The notes under the pieces were generated by a model. The model did not search any database. It saw only the letters and a list, made by a program, of their open reading frames with translations, and was not told where the DNA came from. DNA of 5,921 nucleotides from Escherichia coli (lineage in GTDB: Bacteria; Pseudomonadota; Gammaproteobacteria; Enterobacterales; Enterobacteriaceae), in NCBI RefSeq assembly GCF_003334355.1, contig NZ_QOWP01000068.1; one strand, 5' to 3'. Positions 1-5,921 of this stretch are shown here, one piece after another (within the stretch, counting starts at the first letter, position 1; every line of letters starts with the position of its first letter). The position numbers were made by a program, and so were the translations under genes.

Positions 1-125
1 TGCAGTTGCCATGTTTTACGGCAGTGAGAGCAGAGATAGCGCTGATGTCCGGCAGTGCTTTTGCCGTTACGCACCACCCCGTCAGTAGCTGAACAGGAGG
101 GACAGCTGATAGAAACAGAAGCCAC
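1..125 (-). CDS. insA: IS1 InsA, N-terminal fragment (truncated by the window edge)
   Basis: Minus-strand GTG at 125-123, then codons translating [41 protein letters not shown]; the CxxC...CxxC zinc-finger-like pattern matches InsA as I recall it. Confidence 0.8.
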   Translation of the reverse strand, partial: MASVSISCPSCSATDGVVRNGKSTAGHQRYLCSHCRKTWQL

Positions 126-157
126 TGGAGCACCTCAAAAACACCATCATACACTAA

Positions 158-180
158 ATCAGTAAGTTGGCAGCATCACC
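158..180. repeat. IS1 terminal inverted repeat (IRL), 23 bp
   Basis: atcagtaagttggcagcatcacc is the reverse complement of GGTGATGCTGCCAACTTACTGAT, and an imperfect inverted match to the repeat at 5845-5867. Confidence 0.85.
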
Positions 181-315
181 CGATGTGACTATGATCGTAT
201 CCGGTGAGTACAGCTTTGATCCAAAGGCTGGTTTTCTGTGATGATTGACCAGCCTCAGAGTATTGATGACACCACCGTTCATAACAGATCGGCATTACTA
301 TGCATAAGTACTGTC

Positions 316-1368
316 TCATATTCTCGCCAAAACACTTTTTAATGCCTTTGCGAATTCATCCAGACTTATATTGTCAATTTTTTGCCCAACGACGACTGAC
401 TCCGAAACATCGGCCATTGCGGGCCATCGCGTTTTGTAATCAGCATAAATTGCAACAACGGGAGTATTATAGGCACTTGCCATATGTAATATTGAGGTGT
501 CAGGAGTTATTGCGATATAAGCATCTTTTATGATTGCTGCTGAACGTTTAATCGAGGGTGATAAGGATAAACGGTAGACATTATTATAACAATCCACTAA
601 TACCCTGGCTTTATCTTCCCCTTTTGGTCCATGAACGATCACTATTGGTATATCTGTTTCACTTTGAATTTTTGCTATTAGATTTTCTGCAATCGATAAT
701 GAAAATGTACGTTCCTGCGAGCTACCTTCTAAATTAAGCGCAATGTAAGATCCTAACGATCGCATTTCCTCGCGCACCTCATCGAGTACATCCTCACTTA
801 GTGGCAATTCATATATTGGCCTGACTGCTGGAAAACCCGCCTCACGCATCATAAATGCCCATGTCATGGGTACAGGAGCCCGGAGATTCTGATCCATCCG
901 GGACGCGTTCTTGCACAAAGGGGAGTAGCACTTCATGGTTAAACCAACAACCTGAAAATTCGTTTTTGCTTTTAACTGACTGATAAATATCATCGTTTTC
1001 AGGTTCTTTTTACGCATCGCCTCTATACAAAGATCCGGCGTACCGTATTGCTGTGTTATGTTCTTTGCTAAATCTTTTATTTCTTTTAATGTTGCGTGAT
1101 CCTGCATAGTCATTGTGACTAATGTTAATTTAGTCTTTTCAAGTTTAAGTGCATTAAACACTTCTAAATTAATTGTCGACGTAACAATTAAAAGATGCTT
1201 AATTTTATGCAATTCAAGCGCCCGAATAACAGGAAAGATGGCCATAGCATCGCCAATCTGGTCGGGAATATGGATAACAACAAACTCTGTTTTTTCAATA
1301 TTAAAATTATAAGCTTTATAATCGTAGTAACTAAATGCAATACGTCTCAACAATGATGCTAAAAACAT
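316..1368 (-). CDS. yeeL: Glycosyltransferase family 9 (ADP-heptose:LPS heptosyltransferase-like) protein; YeeL-like
   Basis: Single uninterrupted minus-strand frame ending in TGA at 318-316. The N-terminal region (VVIHIPDQIGDAMAIFPVIRAL) resembles the GT9 'GD' motif region, and the C-terminal region (ITPDTSILHMASAYNTPVVAIYADYKTRWP) resembles the conserved GT9 DSGpmHlAaA...P-x-valfG block. Start is uncertain: the ORF track opens at a TTG (1431); the first in-frame ATG is at 1368-1366, preceded by GGGAGG/GAGG, which gives 350 aa. Position next to shiA matches the yeeL locus. Confidence 0.75.
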   Translation of the reverse strand: MFLASLLRRIAFSYYDYKAYNFNIEKTEFVVIHIPDQIGDAMAIFPVIRALELHKIKHLLIVTSTINLEVFNALKLEKTKLTLVTMTMQDHATLKEIKDLAKNITQQYGTPDLCIEAMRKKNLKTMIFISQLKAKTNFQVVGLTMKCYSPLCKNASRMDQNLRAPVPMTWAFMMREAGFPAVRPIYELPLSEDVLDEVREEMRSLGSYIALNLEGSSQERTFSLSIAENLIAKIQSETDIPIVIVHGPKGEDKARVLVDCYNNVYRLSLSPSIKRSAAIIKDAYIAITPDTSILHMASAYNTPVVAIYADYKTRWPAMADVSESVVVGQKIDNISLDEFAKALKSVLARI

Positions 1369-1682
1369 ACCTAACCTCGCCTCCCTACTGGTTATAATGC
1401 ATTGCAGTCTATCAGACTCATCATGGCGCAATTTTGTGCATATGCGGACTTTTATGTTTCATATCTCGAACCTGTGGGTCCTCTGCTTAATCCTTAAACA
1501 ACACCAGCAACTCCTGCGCTTTCATCTTCCAGCGAATTTTTCATGTTGCCGTTAATCGGCCATAAAATCATTTGCAGATGCGCTCTGTCGAGGTAGTCTC
1601 ATAAGGTTCGTTTATAGATCGACGGCAATGTGAGTTACCTTTTCCATACTAATTATAAAAAGACAGTACAAACAGGATCATT

Positions 1683-2999
1683 ATGGACTCCACGCTCATC
1701 TCCACTCGTCCCGATGAAGGGACGCTTTCGTTAAGTCGCGCCCGACGAGCTGCGTTAGGCAGTTTCGCTGGTGCCGTCGTCGACTGGTATGATTTTTTAC
1801 TCTATGGCATTACCGCCGCACTGGTGTTTAATCGCGAGTTTTTCCCGCAAGTAAGCCCGGCGATGGGAACGCTCGCCGCATTTGCCACCTTTGGCGTCGG
1901 ATTCCTTTTCCGTCCGCTCGGCGGTGTCATTTTCGGTCACTTTGGCGACCGACTGGGACGTAAGCGCATGTTAATGCTGACCGTCTGGATGATGGGCATC
2001 GCGACAGCCTTGATTGGTATTCTTCCTTCCTTCTCGACCAGTGGGTGGTGGGCACCTATTTTACTGGTGACGCTGCGTGCCATTCAGGGATTTGCCGTCG
2101 GCGGCGAATGGGGAGGCGCGGCGTTGCTTTCCGTTGAAAGTGCACCGAAAAATAAAAAAGCCTTTTACAGTAGCGGTGTACAAGTTGGCTACGGTGTAGG
2201 TTTACTGCTTTCAACCGGACTGGTTTCATTGATCAGTATGATGACGACTGACGAACAGTTTTTAAGCTGGGGCTGGCGCATTCCTTTCCTGTTTAGCATC
2301 GTACTGGTACTGGGAGCATTGTGGGTGCGCAATGGCATGGAGGAGTCCGCGGAATTTGAACAACAGCAACATTATCAAGCTGCCGCGAAAAAACGCATCC
2401 CGGTTATCGAAGCGCTGTTACGACATCCCGGTGCTTTCCTGAAGATTATTGCGCTACGACTGTGCGAATTGCTGACGATGTACATCGTTACTGCCTTCGC
2501 ACTTAATTATTCAACCCAGAATATGGGGTTACCGCGCGAACTTTTCCTCAATATTGGTTTGCTGGTAGGTGGATTAAGCTGCCTGACAATTCCCTGTTTT
2601 GCCTGGCTTGCCGATCGTTTTGGTCGCCGCAGGGTTTATATCACAGGCGCGTTAATCGGAACGTTGAGCGCATTTCCTTTCTTTATGGCGCTTGAAGCAC
2701 AATCTATTTTCTGGATAGTTTTCTTCTCCATAATGCTGGCAAACATTGCGCATGACATGGTGGTGTGTGTGCAACAACCGATGTTTACCGAAATGTTTGG
2801 TGCCAGTTATCGCTATAGTGGCGCTGGAGTCGGTTATCAGGTTGCCAGTGTGGTTGGCGGTGGATTTACACCTTTTATTGCCGCTGCACTCATCACTTAC
2901 TTTGCCGGGAACTGGCATAGCGTCGCCATTTATTTGCTGGCTGGATGCCTGATTTCCGCAATGACCGCTTTGTTGATGAAAGACAGTCAACGCGCTTGA
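1683..2999 (+). CDS. shiA: Shikimate/dehydroshikimate transporter ShiA (major facilitator superfamily)
   Basis: 438-aa ORF with ATG at 1683 preceded by AGGA. MFS motif-A-like sequences GHFGDRLGRKRM and LADRFGRRRV are present, and the protein is hydrophobic throughout. The sequence is recognised as E. coli ShiA from memory. Confidence 0.93.
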   Translation: MDSTLISTRPDEGTLSLSRARRAALGSFAGAVVDWYDFLLYGITAALVFNREFFPQVSPAMGTLAAFATFGVGFLFRPLGGVIFGHFGDRLGRKRMLMLTVWMMGIATALIGILPSFSTSGWWAPILLVTLRAIQGFAVGGEWGGAALLSVESAPKNKKAFYSSGVQVGYGVGLLLSTGLVSLISMMTTDEQFLSWGWRIPFLFSIVLVLGALWVRNGMEESAEFEQQQHYQAAAKKRIPVIEALLRHPGAFLKIIALRLCELLTMYIVTAFALNYSTQNMGLPRELFLNIGLLVGGLSCLTIPCFAWLADRFGRRRVYITGALIGTLSAFPFFMALEAQSIFWIVFFSIMLANIAHDMVVCVQQPMFTEMFGASYRYSGAGVGYQVASVVGGGFTPFIAAALITYFAGNWHSVAIYLLAGCLISAMTALLMKDSQRA

Positions 3000-3005
3000 T
3001 AGCCT

Positions 3006-3045
3006 GGCGAAGATCATCCGATCTTCGCCTTACACTTTTGTTTCA
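3006..3045 (+). terminator. Candidate intrinsic terminator downstream of shiA
   Basis: Perfect 9-bp stem GGCGAAGAT (3006-3014) / ATCTTCGCC (3021-3029) with 6-nt loop CATCCG, followed by the T-rich tract TTACACTTTTGTTT. Begins 7 nt after the shiA stop. Confidence 0.45.
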
Positions 3046-3100
3046 CATTTCTGTGACATACTATCGGATGTGCGGTAATTGTATGGAACAGGAGACACAC

Positions 3101-4555
3101 ATGAATAATAAGGGCTCCGGTCTGACCCCAGCTCAGGCACTGGATAAACTCGACGCGCTGTATGAGCAATCTGTAGTCGCATTACGCAACGCCATTGGCA
3201 ACTATATTACAAGTGGCGAATTACCTGATGAAAACGCCCGCAAACAAGGTCTTTTTGTCTATCCATCACTGACCGTAACCTGGGACGGTAGCACAACCAA
3301 TCCCCCCAAAACGCGCGCATTTGGTCGCTTTACCCACGCAGGCAGCTACACCACCACGATTACTCGCCCTACTCTCTTTCGTTCGTATCTTAATGAACAA
3401 CTTACGTTGCTGTATCAGGATTATGGTGCGCATATCTCTGTGCAACCCTCGCAGCATGAAATCCCCTATCCTTATGTCATCGATGGCTCTGAATTGACAC
3501 TTGATCGCTCAATGAGCGCTGGGTTAACTCGCTACTTCCCGACAACAGAACTGGCGCAAATTGGCGATGAAACTGCAGACGGCATTTATCATCCAACTGA
3601 ATTCTCCCCGCTATCGCATTTTGATGCGCGCCGCGTCGATTTTTCCCTCGCACGGTTGCGCCATTATACCGGTACGCCAGTTGAACATTTTCAGCCGTTC
3701 GTCTTGTTTACCAACTACACACGTTATGTGGATGAATTCGTTCGTTGGGGATGCAGCCAGATCCTCGATCCTGATAGTCCCTACATTGCCCTTTCTTGTG
3801 CTGGCGGGAACTGGATCACCGCCGAAACCGAAGCGCCAGAAGAAGCCATTTCCGACCTTGCATGGAAAAAACACCAGATGCCAGCATGGCATTTAATTAC
3901 CGCCGATGGTCAGGGTATTACTCTGGTGAATATTGGCGTGGGACCGTCCAATGCTAAAACCATCTGCGATCATCTGGCAGTGCTACGCCCGGATGTCTGG
4001 TTGATGATTGGTCACTGTGGCGGATTACGTGAAAGTCAGGCCATTGGCGATTATGTACTTGCACACGCTTATTTACGCGATGACCACGTTCTTGATGCGG
4101 TTCTGCCGCCCGATATTCCTATTCCGAGCATTGCTGAAGTGCAACGTGCGCTTTATGACGCCACCAAGCTGGTGAGTGGCAGGCCCGGTGAGGAAGTCAA
4201 ACAGCGGCTACGTACAGGTACTGTGGTAACCACAGATGACAGGAACTGGGAATTACGTTACTCAGCTTCTGCACTTCGTTTTAACTTAAGCCGGGCCGTA
4301 GCAATTGATATGGAAAGTGCAACCATTGCCGCGCAAGGATATCGTTTCCGCGTGCCATACGGGACACTACTGTGTGTTTCAGATAAACCGTTGCATGGCG
4401 AGATTAAACTTCCCGGCCAGGCTAACCGTTTTTATGAAGGCGCTATTTCCGAACATCTGCAAATTGGCATTCGGGCGATCGATTTGCTGCGCGCAGAAGG
4501 CGACCGACTGCATTCGCGTAAATTACGAACCTTTAATGAGCCGCCGTTCCGATAA
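3101..4555 (+). CDS. amn: AMP nucleosidase (EC 3.2.2.4)
   Basis: 484-aa frame from ATG 3101 (MNNKGSGLTPAQALDKLDALYEQ...), preceded by GGAGA at 3091-3095. The C-terminal half shows nucleoside phosphorylase/hydrolase-fold features (VNIGVGPSNA, AIDMESATIAAQG). The 536-aa ORF in the track starts inside the shiA 3' end and is not accepted. Confidence 0.95.
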   Translation: MNNKGSGLTPAQALDKLDALYEQSVVALRNAIGNYITSGELPDENARKQGLFVYPSLTVTWDGSTTNPPKTRAFGRFTHAGSYTTTITRPTLFRSYLNEQLTLLYQDYGAHISVQPSQHEIPYPYVIDGSELTLDRSMSAGLTRYFPTTELAQIGDETADGIYHPTEFSPLSHFDARRVDFSLARLRHYTGTPVEHFQPFVLFTNYTRYVDEFVRWGCSQILDPDSPYIALSCAGGNWITAETEAPEEAISDLAWKKHQMPAWHLITADGQGITLVNIGVGPSNAKTICDHLAVLRPDVWLMIGHCGGLRESQAIGDYVLAHAYLRDDHVLDAVLPPDIPIPSIAEVQRALYDATKLVSGRPGEEVKQRLRTGTVVTTDDRNWELRYSASALRFNLSRAVAIDMESATIAAQGYRFRVPYGTLLCVSDKPLHGEIKLPGQANRFYEGAISEHLQIGIRAIDLLRAEGDRLHSRKLRTFNEPPFR

Positions 4556-4822
4556 TAAGTTCTGAACCTTCTCATCAGAAATAGATGTGAAGGATTAAGT
4601 AAGACATCTGGCAAATAGCCTGCAATCAACGCGGGCTGTTTGCTTCCTTGGGCAGATGCGAGTTTCATTATCGTCTTAATGATTTCCGCATATTAAAAGC
4701 ATGTATGCTTTCAAAATATAATTATAAAAAATCCCGCCAACAACATTAGTTTTTATAAAACAAAATATAAGATTATGGCTTTAGAATATTTTTATTTCTA
4801 ATAGACGAGATTTTTCCGGTTA

Positions 4823-4831
4823 TGATATAAT
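4823..4831 (+). promoter_or_regulatory. Candidate extended -10 promoter element for yeeN (TGATATAAT)
   Basis: TGnTATAAT at 4823-4831, about 66 nt upstream of the yeeN GTG, within a 342-bp AT-rich intergenic region. No convincing -35 at 17-bp spacing, which is compatible with an extended -10 promoter. Prediction from sequence only. Confidence 0.35.
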
Positions 4832-4897
4832 ATGCTGATTTAACACATGTTAACGATTTACCAGTAATGTAAATAAATTTTCGAGGAGATCATTCCA

Positions 4898-5614
4898 GTG
4901 GGACGTAAATGGGCCAATATTGTTGCTAAAAAAACGGCTAAAGACGGTGCAACGTCTAAAATTTATGCAAAATTCGGTGTAGAAATCTATGCTGCTGCTA
5001 AACAAGGTGAACCCGATCCAGAATTAAACACATCTTTAAAATTCGTTATTGAACGTGCAAAGCAGGCACAAGTTCCAAAGCACGTTATTGATAAAGCAAT
5101 TGATAAAGCCAAAGGCGGCGGAGATGAAACGTTCGTGCAGGGCCGTTATGAAGGCTTTGGTCCTAATGGCTCAATGATTATCGCCGAGACATTGACTTCA
5201 AATGTTAACCGTACGATTGCTAACGTTCGCACAATTTTCAATAAAAAAGGCGGCAATATCGGAGCGGCAGGTTCTGTCAGCTATATGTTTGACAATACGG
5301 GTGTGATTGTATTTAAAGGATCAGACCCTGACCATATTTTTGAAATTTTACTTGAAGCTGAAGTTGATGTTCGTGATGTGACTGAAGAAGAAGGTAACAT
5401 TGTTATTTATACCGAACCTACTGACCTTCATAAAGGAATCGCGGCTCTAAAAGCAGCTGGAATCACTGAGTTCTCAACAACAGAATTAGAAATGATTGCG
5501 CAATCTGAAGTTGAGCTTTCCCCAGAAGATTTAGAAATCTTTGAAGGGCTTGTTGATGCCCTTGAAGATGACGACGATGTACAAAAAGTTTATCATAACG
5601 TCGCAAATCTCTAA
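4898..5614 (+). CDS. yeeN: YebC/PmpR-family protein (DUF28), YeeN
   Basis: 238-aa ORF with GTG start at 4898 preceded by GAGGAG (4882-4887). The N-terminus [27 protein letters not shown] parallels the YebC-family N-terminus (GHSKWANIKHKK...), and the tail is acidic (EDDDDVQKV). Recognised as E. coli YeeN from memory. Confidence 0.93.
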   Translation: MGRKWANIVAKKTAKDGATSKIYAKFGVEIYAAAKQGEPDPELNTSLKFVIERAKQAQVPKHVIDKAIDKAKGGGDETFVQGRYEGFGPNGSMIIAETLTSNVNRTIANVRTIFNKKGGNIGAAGSVSYMFDNTGVIVFKGSDPDHIFEILLEAEVDVRDVTEEEGNIVIYTEPTDLHKGIAALKAAGITEFSTTELEMIAQSEVELSPEDLEIFEGLVDALEDDDDVQKVYHNVANL

Positions 5615-5623
5615 TTATATTTT

Positions 5624-5660
5624 AAAGAAATCTGTCTTTACGGCAGATTTCTTTAATCTC
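5624..5660 (+). terminator. Candidate intrinsic terminator downstream of yeeN (AT-rich hairpin, possibly bidirectional)
   Basis: Inverted repeat AAAGAAATCTG (5624-5634) / CAGATTTCTTT (5644-5654), 11 bp perfect with a short loop, followed by TTTAATCTC. The stem is AT-rich so strength is uncertain. Begins 10 nt after the yeeN stop. Confidence 0.45.
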
Positions 5661-5844
5661 ATATAACCCTTATAAAAAATATAATGTTCAACTCGTCATA
5701 TTGATTATAAAAAATCCCCGTTCCCAGAGAAATAATATTTATTAAAATTCCAGTTCTTCTTTTTCTGATTACAGAAGGCAAAGTGGCAATTACGCATAGT
5801 TTCCCGATAAAGACGCGATAGCGACATCCCGCATAAGGCATTTT

Positions 5845-5867
5845 GGTAATGACTCCAACTTATTGAT
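5845..5867. repeat. IS1 terminal inverted repeat (IRR), 23 bp
   Basis: ggtaatgactccaacttattgat; differs from the repeat at 158-180 at a few positions, as expected for IS1 IRL versus IRR. Confidence 0.85.
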
Positions 5868-5921
5868 AGTGTTTTATGTTCAGATAATGCCCGATGACTT
5901 TGTCATGCAGCTCCACCGATT
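5860..5921 (-). CDS. insB: IS1 InsB (transposase C-terminal part), 3' fragment truncated by the window edge
   Basis: Minus-strand reading gives ...SVELHDKVIGHYLNIKHYQ followed by stop TAA (complement of 5862-5860), matching the InsB/InsAB' C-terminus from memory. Confidence 0.75.
   Translation of the reverse strand, partial: SVELHDKVIGHYLNIKHYQ

Larger units (their letters stand above)
1..180 (-). mobile_element. IS1 insertion sequence, partial (left/IRL end; the element continues beyond the window start)
   Basis: The reverse complement of 1-180 reads GGTGATGCTGCCAACTTACTGATTTAGTGTATGATGG...GTGGCTTCTGTTTCTATCAGCTGTCCC..., which matches my memory of the first 180 nt of IS1. The 23-bp terminal repeat lies at 158-180. 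Identification is from memory of the IS1 sequence, not a search. Confidence 0.9.
5845..5921 (-). mobile_element. IS1 insertion sequence, partial (right/IRR end; the element continues beyond the window end)
   Basis: 5845-5921 reads GGTAATGACTCCAACTTATTGATAGTGTTTTATGTTCAGATAATGCCCGATGACTTTGTCATGCAGCTCCACCGATT, the reverse complement of the IS1 right terminus as I recall it. Same orientation as the left copy. Confidence 0.9.

Noticed and set aside
300-533. 77-aa plus-strand ORF
   Set aside because: Lies antisense within the 3' end of yeeL, has no recognisable motif, and its composition is explained by the opposite-strand gene.
1115-1312. 65-aa plus-strand ORF
   Set aside because: Entirely antisense inside yeeL; typical spurious frame in AT-rich coding sequence.
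1629-1640. TGTGA motif (aatgtgagttacc) upstream of shiA as a possible CRP site
   Set aside because: Only one half-site; no TCACA partner at the required 6-bp spacing.
2652-3017. 121-aa minus-strand ORF and the 68-aa plus-strand ORF at 2746-2952
   Set aside because: Both lie within shiA (antisense or out of frame); no ribosome-binding site or homology signal.
2945-3100. N-terminal extension of the amn frame in the ORF track (536 aa, starting at ATG 2945)
   Set aside because: The extension overlaps the last 55 nt of shiA and reads through the shiA terminator hairpin. The known Amn N-terminus MNNKGSG begins at ATG 3101, which has a GGAGA ribosome-binding site 5 nt upstream. An in-frame ATG at 3083 lacks a comparable site.
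3266-4668. Five short ORFs inside or overlapping amn (3266-3457 -, 3561-3896 +, 3611-3892 -, 4305-4565 +, 4432-4668 -)
   Set aside because: All are nested in or overlap the well-supported amn frame in other frames or on the other strand; none has independent support.
4775-4801. 8-codon mini-ORF (MALEYFYF) upstream of yeeN, considered as a possible leader peptide
   Set aside because: No ribosome-binding site, and it lies upstream of the candidate promoter rather than in the predicted leader; most likely chance in AT-rich sequence.
5659-5841. 60-aa minus-strand ORF between the right IS1 and the yeeN terminator
   Set aside because: It starts 4 nt outside the IS1 IRR, in frame with but separated from the insB stop. 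It has a hydrophobic stretch but no recognisable family and no clear ribosome-binding site. It may be a remnant of whatever the IS1 interrupted, but I cannot support it as a gene.
5615-5844. Searched for a tRNA (especially tRNA-Asn) downstream of yeeN
   Set aside because: No cloverleaf-compatible sequence and no T-arm GGTTCGA-type motif on either strand; the region is AT-rich and unstructured apart from the terminator hairpin.
1-5921. CRISPR arrays, integron attC sites, phage or defence-system genes
   Set aside because: No regularly spaced direct repeats and no ORFs with nuclease, helicase, methyltransferase or toxin-antitoxin signatures. All large ORFs are accounted for by yeeL, shiA, amn, yeeN and IS1.

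Overview
This window reads as ordinary Escherichia/Shigella-type chromosome, not a novel system. It holds four intact genes: a GT9-family glycosyltransferase (yeeL-like, minus strand), the shikimate transporter shiA, AMP nucleosidase amn and the YebC-family gene yeeN (all plus strand). Both window edges fall inside IS1 copies lying in the same orientation: IS1 nt 1-180 (IRL plus the insA 5' end) occupy 1-180, and the IS1 right terminus (IRR plus the insB stop) begins at 5845. The 5,664 bp between them is therefore arranged like a Tn9-type composite element. I found no tRNA, rRNA or CRISPR array. The points most worth a second look are the IS1-bracketed arrangement, the apparently intact and AT-rich yeeL (which I recall as a pseudogene in E. 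coli K-12), and the AT-rich yeeN locus with a repeated 15-mer on either side of the gene. All gene identities come from reading the translated ORFs against remembered protein families; no database search was run.
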